Part shown: positions 38,611 to 51,200 of the stretch, piece after piece
Layout: the number at the start of each line of letters is the position of its first letter
How positions within the stretch are numbered: the first letter of the stretch is position 1
Origin: Eledone cirrhosa
Lineage: Eukaryota
Assembly (NCBI GenBank): GCA_964016885.1
Contig: OZ024750.1
Span: 42,656,001 to 42,720,000 of the forward strand
Reading direction: 5' to 3'
DNA length: 64,000 bases
Notes under the pieces: model-generated
The model's database searches: none
Told to the model about the DNA's origin: nothing
What the model saw: the letters and a program-made list of their open reading frames with translations, nothing else
Made by a program: the position numbers and the translations under genes

Positions 38611-39000
38611 CTGTTATGTGTAATAATGTGTACTAAGATGGCAGGGTGGGGGAGGGGGTGATATGGTAGTAGTTACAGTCTGGGATCATCTGTTCACTAA
38701 AATAAATATTACACTTTTTTTCAGAAATTTTTTGATAAAATTAAAATTGTTAATGAATTTTTTTAGAAAAGTAGATTCAAGTGAAAAATATTAAAATTCT
38801 GATGATTGAATAAAATATTATTTGATAATAAAAAATATATGTTTTGTTTAATTTAATTTTTAAATGCTACTGAATCGATTTGATAATATATGACATACTC
38901 AGGTTGTCAAGGAAAGAATAGAGGACTTGTACATCGAGTGATTCTGTTCTCTGTTCTCTGTCTTTTGATGTCCCTCAGTCTGATTTACAATCTTCTAAGT

Positions 39001-39424
39001 CTGAGGTTCTCATACTTTCTGGGCCACTGCCACCTCACAGCCCCGTAATACCCTCAGGTCTCCCCCCAACCCTATTTCCAGAGAGATCTACCTACACACA
39101 AATTGTAAATAATATATAATAAATAAAATCGTTAATTTATATATAATAAATAATTGTTTCTACTATTGGCACAAGGCCAGCAATTACCCAGTACATTACT
39201 GGTACTTTATTTTATTGAGTACCAGTAATGTACTGGGTAATTGCTGGCCTTGTGTCAATAGTAGAATAATATAATATATACTATGTATAAATAAATATAT
39301 ATTTTTTATTTTACTATATTTATATATAATATATATCATTTGATATTTAATATAAAATTATATCATCTCTACCTCAGGTCCCAGCCCCCCTTAGGTCCCA
39401 GCCCCCACACTATGAGAACCTCTG
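39001..39424. mobile_element. hAT (Charlie-like) MITE with perfect 8-bp TSD
   Basis: TSD TTCTAAGT at 38993-39000 and 39425-39432; TIR CTGAGGTTCTCATA / TATGAGAACCTCTG (13/14). Confidence 0.9.
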
Positions 39425-39655
39425 TTCTAAGTGTTAAAGACATATTGTATGTGTTACCAGCCAACACGTATCACTTCAGCAGTTGTTAGGAATTACTTTC
39501 ATATAAGGAAATATACAATTATGTTAATATATTTGCAGTGAGACCCCCGATCCTCTGGTAGGTGGGGAGGGTCACTCTCTCATAAAGCTCAACCCACATA
39601 CGGCAACTCATCGGGACTTGTGTGATATTCGCACAATCCTAGTTATATCCCCCAC

Positions 39656-40040
39656 TGACCCACAACAGCCACAACTCCGACAACACCCACAGTCCCACAA
39701 CTCCCACAGTACCACAGTCCCACAACTCCCAGGGTTTCACAACTCCCACAGTCCCACAACTCCAACAGTCCCACAACACCCACAGTCCCACAACTTCCAC
39801 AACTCCCACAGTTCCACAACTCCCACAGTCCCACAATACCCACAACACCAACAGTCCCACAACACCCACCATCCCACAACTACAACAGTCTCACAACTCC
39901 CACAACACCCCCAGTCCCACAACTCCCACAACACCCACAGTCCCACAATTCCCACAGTCCCACAATTCCCACAGTCCCACAACTCCCACAACTCCCACAA
40001 CACCCCCAGTCCCACAACTCCCACAACTCCCACAGTCCCA
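39656..40040. repeat. Degenerate CCACAGTC/CCACAACT minisatellite
   Basis: 8-9-bp subunits visible directly. Confidence 0.9.
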
Positions 40041-40129
40041 GTTTATATCCTTTACTAAATCCCTGTAAACTCCACTCAGTGTTTCGTCCCTATATTGACT
40101 TGGGTCGTTGCAGCTGATAAAAGAAATCA

Positions 40130-40558
40130 TTGGATTAGCAGTAGAGGCATTAGGGCTTTGGACGCCATGCTTTGTGGCATAGAGTTACGGCCCTTTACGT
40201 TCTGAGTTCAAATCCTGCTGAGGCTGGCTTTGCTTTTCATCCTTACAGGGTCAATAAAATAAAGTACCCGTAATACACTGGGGTCAATTTAATTGACATT
40301 CCCCCCCTCTCCCCACCAAATTTACTGGCCTTGTGCCTAAAGTAAAAACCATTATTATTATTGATGTGGATTGGCAGAATCAGTAGAGTGTCGGACACCC
40401 TGCTTCGCAGCATATAGTTATGTCGCTTTATTTTCTGAGTTCAAATCCCGCCGAGGTTAACCTTGCCTTTCATCCTTACGGGGTCGATAAAATAAAGTAC
40501 CAGTAATGCACTGCGTAATTGCTGGCCTTGTGCCAAAAATAGAAACAATTATTATTAT
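40130..40558 (+). mobile_element. Two tandem SINE family B copies
   Basis: Two cores, each followed by an (ATT)n tail. Confidence 0.85.
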
Positions 40559-40569
40559 TGATAGTTTTC

Positions 40570-41150
40570 TCAATATAATAATTACAAGGTTTTCTTCTGC
40601 CAGTTGATTCTTGGATCTTTGAACCCTGTTGTAGGAAACATTGGTCTGTAGAATCTTGATGGATTATGTTATTGTCCAATAGGTTATAAGCTATAGCTGG
40701 CACTACAAATGTGTTAATGTCACAGATAGTGCTTTTTACTATTGAAATGGTGGGGTTTTATTTAAAAAAATAGTTTTGGCTGTTAAAATATTCGTATTTT
40801 TTTGCTTTCGCAGAACTTTTCATATAAAATTTTTACTTTCATCTCTGCTAGAGTATTTATAGGAAGTAGAAATTGTCCAACTCTTGTATTATTTCTCCTC
40901 TGTGGACTTCTAAATCATATGCCCTACTTGTATTGTCACTTCCCAGGAATTTCTCATTGTAAAGGACATCTTAATGTCCTTCCTAAATTGCTTAGCAATA
41001 CTAAAGAGACTCTTTAAATATCAATTTCTCATGTAGGCATAAAACCTTGGATTTATAATAGAGAAGAAACAGAAAGATGTTTATGTGTTTCCCAATAACA
41101 TTTCCTGTGAAATACAATGACTTCACTAAGGGAACAGGACTGGATCTTTT
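40570..41150 (-). pseudogene. Highly decayed RT fragment, R4/Dong-like LINE
   Basis: LKSLFSIAKQFRKDIKMSF and INTFVVPAIAY resemble, from recall, the R4-clade FS.DI.M.FG and INT.AVP...Y motifs. Confidence 0.45.
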
Positions 41151-41599
41151 TATCATTTGTTTAAAAGACGTTTCAAATTTATTTAAAATTTACAAAATCT
41201 GTTTACGATATCATAATTCTTTATAATTGTAATAATGATTTTAAAAAATACAAAGAAAATTATCTATCTGGGATGGACACACGCGTGAAACTTGCTGAGT
41301 AAGTTCTGTTTAAATTTCTATAGAAATTCCTGTTTGTAAACTTTAATTTTTGTACCATTTTGTAGAGGGACTGCCAGGTCAAATTTTGATCTGGTCAGTC
41401 TCTCAAAATATTCTACGCCTTTAGGCGAAATAGTTAAACAAAAAGTTTTTTTTTTGTTGAAAAGTTAACATTTTTTTAAAATGGCTGAAGCTTCTTCATT
41501 TTCACTATCATAATGAGAATAAGAAAGGAAGAAAAATGAAATAAAAATAAAAATGCAGCCAGTACTCAGTAGGAACCACACCCAAAATGAGGATCCTTT

Positions 41600-42085
41600 A
41601 GTCACAGCATGACAACCTCTCAGGTGCTGGGGCCACGAAAAATGCATCCAGCATACAGTATAAAGTGGTTGTTGATAAGAAGGGCATACAGCTCCAGAAA
41701 CCATACTAAAATAGGGTTGAAAGGATTTTTCAGTTATGTCAAAGACACAACAACCTCTCTGGTGCTGGAGCTATGAAAAATGCACCCAGTACACAGTGTA
41801 AAATGGTTATTGATAGGAAGACAATCCGACTGTAGAAATCATGTTGTAAAAAAATGAGGAAACTCTTCAGTTGAGTCAAGAGTACAACATCCTTCCAGGT
41901 GTTGATACCACAATAAAACACACCCAGTACACTCTATAAAATTGTTGACGGTAGGAAGGGTATCCAGTCAAAGAAAACTTACCAAATAAGAAAGTCAAAA
42001 GAACCCTTCAACAGTGTCAAAGACATGACAACCTCCCTAATGATGGTGCCATGATAAAGTGCTCCCAACACACTCTGTAAAATGC
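41600..42085 (+). repeat. Four degenerate ~140-bp tandem copies of a SINE-internal segment
   Basis: Recurrent CATGACAACCTC..GGTGCTGG..CACCCAGTACAC..GTAAA..GGTT..GGAAGGG..TCCAG; matches the family A middle. Confidence 0.7.
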
Positions 42086-42403
42086 AGGGAACATATTTAT
42101 GCCAGATGTAAAGCCCTCATCTTATCTGAGAGGTCAATAACTAGCTAAGTACTGACTTTGTCTCTGATAAGTCAACTAACGAACGGTTACTAGCAGGGAA
42201 AACAGTCATTAAATGATAATGATGATGATGATGATGGCAATGGTGATATTGTTGTTGTTGTTGTTGTTGTTTTATATTCGATGGAGAGACAAGAACTGAG
42301 GAAAGAAAGCTGGCGGAATATTCTTTTATGAACAATGATGGTAAACGACCTGGAAAGATTTTAAATTCTGATTGATAAAACATTTTTAACAAACGTTGCT
42401 GGT

Positions 42404-42616
42404 GTAGTTGTAGTAGTAGTTGTAGTTGTAGTAGTGGTGGTAGTAGTAGTGGTAGTGGTAGTAGTAGTGGTGGTGGTGGTGGTAGTGGTAGTAGTGGTGG
42501 TGGTGGTGGTGGTAGTAGTAGTAGTGGTGGTAGTAGTAGTTGTGGTGGTAGTCGTAGTAGTAGTGGTGGTGGAAGTAGTGGTGGTGGTAGTGGTAGTAGT
42601 GGTGGTTGTGGTGGTG

Positions 42617-42648
<32 letters not shown>

Positions 42649-42985
42649 GGTGGTGGTGGTAGTGGTTGTGGTGGTGGTAGTGGTGGTGGTAGTAGCAGTG
42701 GGAGTAATGGTGGTGGTAGTGGTGGTGATGGTGGTGGTGGTAGTAGTAGTAGTAGTAGCAGTAGTAGTAGTAGTGGTGGTGGTGGTGGTGGTAGTAGTGG
42801 TGGTAGTGGTAGTAGTAGTAGTAGTGGTGGTAGTAGTAGTGGTAGTGGTGGTGGTAGTGGTGATGGTGGTGGTGGTAGTAGAAGTGGGGGTAATGGTGGT
42901 GGTAGTAGTAGTGGTGGTGATGGTGGTGGTGGTGGTAGTAGTAGTAGTAGTGGTGGTGGTGGTAGTAGTAGTAGTGGTAGTGGTG

Positions 42986-43017
<32 letters not shown>

Positions 43018-43073
43018 GGTGGTGGTAGTAGTAATAGTAGTAGTAATAGTAGTAGTAGTAGTGGTGGTGGTAA

Positions 43074-43107
<34 letters not shown>

Positions 43108-43213
43108 GGTGGTGGTGGTGGTAATAGTAGTAGTAGTTGTGGTGGTGGTAGTTATGGTAGTAGTAGTAGTAGTGGTGGTGGTGGTAGTAGTAGCGGTGGT
43201 GGTAGTGGTAGTA

Positions 43214-43244
<31 letters not shown>

Positions 43245-43740
43245 CAGAAAATGCAAGAATCATCGTTTAACGTCTACCTTCCAAGCTAGCATGGCTTTAG
43301 AAGAATATGGTGAGAAAAGAAAAACTTCCATTTTACAATTATCTTCCCCATAACAATCATTGTTAACAACAACAACATTAACACTGGTGGTGGTGGTGGT
43401 GGTGGTGGTGGTGATGGTGGTGGTGGTGGTGATGGTGATGGTGGTGGTGGTGGTGGTGATGGTGGTGGTGGTGGTGATGGTGGTGACGATGGTGGTGATG
43501 GTTGTGGTGGTGGTGATGGTGGTGGTGGTGGTGATGGTGGTGGTGGTGATGGTGGTGGTGGTGATGGTGATGGTGGTGGTGGTGGTGATGGTGGTGGTGG
43601 TGGTGGTGGTGGTGGTGGTGGTGACGGTGGTGGTGATGATGGTGGTGGTGGTGGTGGTGGTGGTGATGGTGGTAGCGATGGTGATGGTGGTGGTGGTGAT
43701 GGTGGTGGTTATGATGATGGTTATGGTAGAAGAAGAAGAA
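42404..43740. repeat. (GTA/GTG)n and (GTG/ATG)n trinucleotide tracts
   Basis: Tracts at 42404-43245 and 43386-43740. Confidence 0.95.
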
Positions 43741-43944
43741 GGTAAATGGAATTCTAACGAAATCAACAACAATGCTAGTTCTTTAAAATAGCACATCCGT
43801 TCTGTGGCATTGATTCAGTTATAGAATTTTACGATGAATAGATTGGAATGGCTGTCCATCGCTTTCTACTGTAACTGCACAAGAAGTGTTTTTTTTTTAG
43901 GAAAAATGAAGTTGTGGTGTTCATGCATTTCTCACAGACATTAG

Positions 43945-45900
43945 TAAATATTGGTTTTTGTGGTAAAGATTTTACCTCACATAATTATCTCACATAATAT
44001 CGAATCTATGAGATTTTGATGTTATTAATTTTGAGAATAATACCTTACCATCAGTATGAGTGGCCAGTTATGGTCGGTTTCAACAGAATGAGGTGAGAGA
44101 ATTCTGGCCAGTTATGGTCGGTTTGTACTGAACGAGGTGAGAGAATTCTGGCCGGTTACAGCCGGTTTGAACAGAAAGAGGTGAGGGAATTCTGGCCGGT
44201 TACAGCCGGTTTAAACAGAAAGAGGTGAGAGAATTCTGGCCGGATACAGCCGGTTTGAACAGAACGAGGTGAGAGAATTCTGGCCGGATACAGCCGGTTT
44301 GAACAGAATGAGGTGAGAGAATTCTGGCCGGATGCAGCCGGTTTGAACAGAAAGAGGTGAGAGAATTCTGGCTGGTTACAGCCGGTTTGAACAGAAAGAG
44401 GTGAGAGAATTCTGGCCGGATGCAGCCGGTTTGAACAGAAAGAGGTGAGAGAATTCTGGCTGGTTACAGCCGGTTTGAACAGAAAGAGTTGAGAGAATTC
44501 TGGCCGGATACAGCCGGTTTAAACATATAGAGATGAGAGAATTCTTTGCCGGATACAGCCGGTTTGAACAGAAAGAGGTGAGAGAATTCTGGCCAGATAC
44601 AGCCGGTTTAAACATATAGAGATGAGAGAATTCTGGCCGGATGCAGCCGGTTTGAACAGAAAGAGGTGAGAGAATTCTGGCTGGTTACAGCCGGTTTGAA
44701 CAGAACGAGGTGAGAGAATTATGGCTGGTTACAGCCAGTTTGAACAGAAAGAGCTGAGAGAATTCTGGCCGGATGCAGCCGGTTTGAACAGAAAGAGGTA
44801 AGAGAATTCTGGCTGGTTACAGCCGGTTTGAACAGAAAGAGGTGAGAGAATCCTGGCTGGTTACAGCCGGTTTGAACAGAAAGAGGTGAGAGAATTCTGG
44901 CTGGCTACAGCCGGTTTGAACAGAAAGAGGTGAGAGAATTCTGGCCGGATACAGCCGGTTTAAACATATAGAGATGAGAGAATTCTTTGCCGGATACAGT
45001 CGGTTTGAACAGAAAGAGGTGAGAGAATTCTGGCCGGATACAGCCGGTTTAAACATATAGAGATGAGAGAATTCTTTGCCGGATACAGCCGGTTTGAACA
45101 GAAAGAGGTGAGAGAATTCTGGCCGGTTACAGCCGGTTTGAACAGAAAGAGGTGAGAGAATTCTGGCCGGTTACAGCCGGTTTGAACAGAAAGAGGTGAG
45201 AGAATTCTGGCCGGATACAGCCGGTTTGAACAGAAAGAGGTGAGAGAATTCTGGCCGGATGCAGCCGGTTTGAACAGAAAGAGGTGAGAGAATTCTGGCC
45301 GGATGCAGCCGGTTTAAACAGAAAGAGGTGAGAGAATTCTGGCCGGTTACAGCCGGTTTGAACAGAAAGAGGTGAGAGAATTCTGGCCGGATACAGCCGG
45401 TTTGAACAGAAAGAGGTGAGAGAATTCTGGCCGGATGCAGCCGGTTTGAACAGAAAGAGGTGAGAGAATTCTGGCCGGATACAGCCGGTTTGAACAGAAA
45501 GAGGTGAGAGAATTCTGGCCGGTTACAGCCAGTTTGAACAGAACGAAGTGAGAGAATTCTGGCCGGATGCAGCCGGTTTGAACAGAAAGAGGTGAGAGAA
45601 TTCTGGCCGGATACAGCCGGTTTGAACAGAATGAGTGAGAGAATTCTGGCCGGATACAGCCGGTTTGAACAGAAAGAGGTGAGAGAATTCTGGCCGGATG
45701 CAGCCGGTTTGAACAGAAAGAGGTGAGAGAATTCTGGCCGGTTACAGCCAGTTTGAACAGAACGAAGTGAGAGAATTCTGGCCGGATGCAGCCGGTTTGA
45801 ACAGAAAGAGGTGAGAGAATTCTGGCCGGATACAGCCGGTTTGAACAGAATGAGTGAGAGAATTCTGGCCGGATACAGCCGGTTTAAATACTAAAGGATT
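43945..45900 (-). mobile_element. TTAA MITE copy containing a 44-bp satellite
   Basis: Flanks match the reverse complement of 28479-28706; ends GTTTAAATACTAAAGG. Confidence 0.75.
44061..45886. repeat. 44-bp satellite, ~41 units
   Basis: GAATTCTGGCCGGATACAGCCGGTTTGAACAGAAAGAGGTGAGA. Confidence 0.97.
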
Positions 45901-46412
45901 CAATGAGTGAGTGTCTATCAGTGAGGTCAAAATGAGTGTCTATTAAGTGAGGTCAAAATTTGGGTTTTATCAATTTTAGAAGATGGGCTGGAGTGGGGGG
46001 GGGGGGGAGGAGTTGATTATATCAAGCCCAGTATTTGACTGGTACTTTATTTATTTTATTGATCCCTAAAGGATGAAAAGTAAAAAAAAAAAAAAAAAGA
46101 AAAATAATCTTTGCAGGATTTGAACAAATATTAGTTCTAGTAATTTTGGAAGTATGGGTCAGTATTTCACTGGTACTCTATTCTATCGAACCCGGAAGGA
46201 TAAAAGGTAAGGATGACCTCAGTAGGATTTGAACTCTGAAAGTAAAGAGCAGAAACAGATACTACCAAGTATTTGTCTGATTCTCTAATGATTCTCCCAA
46301 TCTGTGCCCCCCCCCCCGCCCTAGCTGGAACAAATACTGCAAGGTATTTTGTCCAACAAAAAGTTAATCTTTTCATTACCATATTTCTAATGAAAGATTC
46401 TACCAGTGTGCT

Positions 46413-47278
46413 TTAACCATTTAGCATTTACATTACTGGATATGGAGGCACATGGCTTAGTGGTTAGAGCATTGGCCTTGCAATCGAAAGGTTGTGAGTT
46501 CAATTTTCAGACCGGGTGATGTGTTGTTTCCTTGAGCAAGACACTTTATTTCACATTGCTCCAGTTTACTCAGCTGTAGAAATGAGATGATAGGGACTGT
46601 GGTCCCTATCATTCTATTGCAAAGTGGTGGTGTAGGTGCCACGGCAAAAAAGCACCCAGCACTCACTGTAAATGAGGTTGGTGTTAGGAAGGGCATCCAG
46701 CTGTAGAAATCAAGCCAGAATCAGTTCCCATCCCACCCTTGCAAGCAGGCAAAAGCAGACGTAAAATGATGATGATGATGATGATTACTCTATATTTACT
46801 ATTGTATTTTTATGGTAAAGGTTTTACCTCACATATTTATCTCACATAATATCGAATCTATGATGATTTGGCAGTATCGGTAGAGCGTCAGACACCATGT
46901 TTTGCAGCATAGTTATGGCCCTTTGCGTTCTGGGTTCAAATCCGTCAAGGTTAACTTTGCCTTTCATCCTTACGAGGTCGATAAAATAAAGTACCAGTGG
47001 TGCACTGGGGTAATCGCTGGCCTTGTGCCAAAAGTAGAAACTCTTGATTTCAAATCCCGCCAAGGTTAACTTTGCTTTCATCCTTACGGGGTCGATAAAA
47101 TAAAGTACCAGTAATACACTGAGATAATTGCTGGCCTTGTGCAAAAAAGTAGAAACAATTATTTATTTTGAGAACAATACCTAACATAAGTATAAACTGC
47201 TGATTAAAGCCAGTTTGAACAGAAAGAGGTGAGAGAATTCTGACTGGATACAGCCGGTTTATATGCTAAAGGTTTTAA
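46413..47278 (-). mobile_element. TTAA MITE copy with nested SINE A (46444-46783) and SINE B pieces (46866-47162)
   Basis: TTAA-CCATTTAGCATTTA ... ATGCTAAAGGTT-TTAA; ATTACT repeated at 46432-46437 and 46784-46789 as a possible SINE TSD. Confidence 0.75.
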
Positions 47279-47404
47279 TAATTTTTTAAATATTCAAGAA
47301 TTGAAAGGGATACAGTAATATAACTAACGAGATTGAAAGAGATCGTTAAGCACAAAATGGTATAAAGAAAGCAAATCAGTATTTTAATAAACAAACTAGT
47401 CCTC

Positions 47405-47651
47405 ACATGGGCTTGTGGTTAGAATGTCTCAGGAAAGAATCACTGGACAGATTTTAAGGGCAAAACCAACTGGCAGGAGACCCAGGGGTAGACACCGAGC
47501 AAGATGGTTGGATAACATCCAAGAGTTTGGCTGGTCATGCTTGGGGACCCAACCAGATCAGTTGGAGATGGTTGATTCTGACAGGACCCGTGGGAAGGAG
47601 TGTTTGAGGACTCTGTCCCCAGTATCCTCTCAGGAGGAAGAAGAAGAAGAA

Positions 47652-47683
<32 letters not shown>

Positions 47684-47908
47684 AAAAGAAGAAGGAGAAG
47701 AAGACGAAGAAGAAGACGAAGAAGAAGAAGACGAAGAAGAAGAAGAAGAACAAGTAGAAGAAGAAGAAGAAGAAGAAGAAGAAGAAGAAGAAGGAGGAGG
47801 AGGAGGAGGAGGAGGAGGAGGAGGAGGAGAAGAAGAAGAAGAAGAAGAAGAAGAAGAAGAAGAAGAAGAAGAAGAAGAAGAAGAAGAAGAAGAAGAAGAA
47901 GAAGAAGA
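47405..47908 (+). mobile_element. RTE 3'-end fragment with (GAA/GGA)n tail
   Basis: VVRMSQERITGQILRAKPTGRRPRGRHRARWLDNI. Confidence 0.8.
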
Positions 47909-48224
47909 AATAGTCCTATTTTAAGTAATCTTCTCCATTTTAGATTTATTTTAATGAGAATTGCAAAAAAAAATGAACTAATCCAGAATCCAAAGTTTAA
48001 CCCCTAAGTCGGTGAAATTGATCTGTTGTAGACAAATATACCCCAGGAGGGGAACACTCGGGTATAAGGCCACACATTTATAAAGGATCAATATAATTGA
48101 TTGAATTGTTTCCCAAACATGATTGGTATTTATTTATTTAGATTGATTTTTGAGGAATGACAAAGTTAGCTGCAGAAATATATTGGAATTTAGAATATAT
48201 CTAGAGTTGTCATCAACATCTTTG

Positions 48225-51200
48225 TCATTGTCATCACTGTCACCACCACAGTTGTCATCATCATTGTCACTGTCACCACCACAGTTGTCATCTCTGTTGT
48301 CACTGTCACCACCACAGTTGTCATCATCATTGTCATTGTCACCACCACAGTTGTCATCATCATTGTCATTGTCACCACCACAGTTGTCATCATCATTGTC
48401 ACTGTCACCATCACAGTTGTCATCATCATTGTCATTGTCACCACCACAGTTGTCATCATCATTGTCACTGTCACCATCACAGTTGTCATCATCATTGTCA
48501 TTGTCACCACCACAGTTGTCATCATCATTGTCACTGTCACCATCACAGTTGTCATCATCATTGTCATTGTCACCACCACAGTTGTCATCATCATTGTCAT
48601 TGTCACCAACACAATTGTCATCATCATTGTCATTGTCACCACCACAGTTGTCATCATCATTGTCACTGTCACCACCACAGTTGTCATCACTGTTGTCATT
48701 GTCACCACCACAGTTGTCACCATCATTGTCACTGTCACCACCACAGTTGTCACCACCACAGTTGTCATCATCATTGTCATTGTCACCACCACAGTTGTCA
48801 TCATCATTGTCATTGTCACCACCACAGTTGTCATCATCATTGTCAATGTCACCACCACAGTTGTCATCATCATTGTCATTGTCACCAACACAGTTGTCAT
48901 CATCATTGTCACTGTCACCACCACAGTTGTCATCATCATTGTCACTGTCACCACCACAGTTGTCATCATCATTGTCATTGTCACCAACACAGTTGTCATC
49001 ATCATTGTCATTGTCACCACCACAGTTGTCATCATCATTGTCAATGTCACCAACACAGTTGTCATCATCATTGTCACTGTCACCACCACAGTTGTCATCA
49101 CTGTTGTCATTGTCACCACCACAGTTGTCACCATCATTGTCACTGTCACCACCACAGTTGTCATCATCATTGTCACTGTCACCACCACAGTTGTCATCAT
49201 CATTGTCATTGTCACCACCACAGTTGTCATCATCATTGTCATTGTCACCACCACAGTTGTCATCATCATTGTCACTGTCACCACCACAGTTGTCATCATC
49301 ATTGTCACTGTCACCACCACAGTTGTTATCATCATTGTCATTGTCACCACCACAGTTGTTATCATCATTGTCATTGTCACCACCACAGTTGTCACCACCA
49401 CAGTTGTCATCACTGTTGTCATTGTCACCACCACAGTTGTCACCATCATTGTCACTGTCACCACCACAGTTGTCATCATCATTGTCACTGTCACCACCAC
49501 AGTTGTTATCATCATTGTCATTGTCACCACCACAGTTGTCATCATCATTGTCATTGTCACCACCACGGTTGTCATCATCATTGTCATTGTCACCACCACA
49601 GTTGTCATCATCATTGTCACTGTCACCACCACAGTTGTCATCATCATTGTCACTGTCACCACCACAGTTGTCATCATAATTGTCATTGTCACCACCACAG
49701 TTGTCATCATCATTGTCATTGTCACCACCACAGTTGTCATCATCATTGTCATTGTCACCACCACAGTTGTCACCACCACAGTTGTCATTGTCACCAACAC
49801 AGTTGTCATCATCATTGTCATTGTCACCACCACAGTTGTCATCATCATTGTCATTGTCACCACCACAGTTGTCATCATCATTGTCACTGTCACCACCACA
49901 GTTGTCATCATCATTGTCATTGTCACCACCACAGTTGTCATTGTCACCAACACAGTTGTCATCATCATTGTCATTGTCACCACCACAGTTGTCATCATCA
50001 TTGTCATTGTCACCACCACAGTTGTCATCATCATTGTCACTGTCACCACCACAGTTGTCATCATCATTGTCATTGTCACCACCACAGTTGTCACCCCCAC
50101 AGTTGTCATTGTCACCAACACAGTTGTCATCATCATTGTCATTGTCACCACCACAGTTGTCATCATCATTGTCATTGTCACCACCACAGTTGTCATCATC
50201 ATTGTCACTGTCACCACCACAGTTGTCATCATCATTGTCACTGTCACCACCACAGTTGTCATCATCATCGTCATTGTCACCACCACAGTTGTCACCCCCA
50301 CAGTTGTCATTGTCACCAACACAGTTGTCATCATCATTGTCACTGTCACCACCACAGTTGTCATCATCATTGTCATTGTCACCACCACAGTTGTCACCCC
50401 CACAGTTGTCATTGTCACCACCACAGTTGTCATCATCATTGTCACTGTCACCACCACAGTTGTCATCATCATTGTCATTGTCACCACCACAGTTGTCATC
50501 ATCATTGTCACTGTCACCACCACAGTTGTCATCATCATTGTCATTGTCACTACCACAGTTGTCATCACTGTTGTCATTGTCACCACCACAGTTGTCATCA
50601 TCATTGTCATTGTCATCACCACAGTTGTCATCATCATTGTCACTGTCACCACCACAGTTGTCATAATCATTGTCACTGTGACCAACACAGTTGTCATCAT
50701 CATTGTCATTGTCACCACCACAGTTGTCATCATCATTGTCACTGTCACCACCACAGTTGTCATCATAATTGTCATTGTCACCAACACAGTTGTCATCATC
50801 ATTGTCATTGTCACCACCACAGTTGTCATCATCATTGTCATTGTCACCACCACAGTTGTCATCATCATTGTCACTGTCACCACCACAGTTGTCATAATCA
50901 TTGTCACTGTGACCAACACAGTTGTCATCATCATTGTCATTGTCACCACCACAGTTGTCATCATCATTGTCACTGTCACCACCACAGTTGTCATCATAAT
51001 TGTCATTGTCACCAACACAGTTGTCATCATCATTGTCATTGTCACCACCACAGTTGTCATCATCATTGTCATTGTCACCACCACAGTTGTCATCATCATC
51101 GTCATTGTCACCACCACAGTTGTCATCATCATCGTCATTGTCACCACCACAGTTGTCATCATCATTGTCACTGTCACCAACACAGTTGTCATCATCATCG

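Noticed and set aside
42361-43796. Poly-Thr mucin-like ORFs
   Set aside because: Compound trinucleotide microsatellites with no convincing splice sites; similar tracts occur throughout the window.
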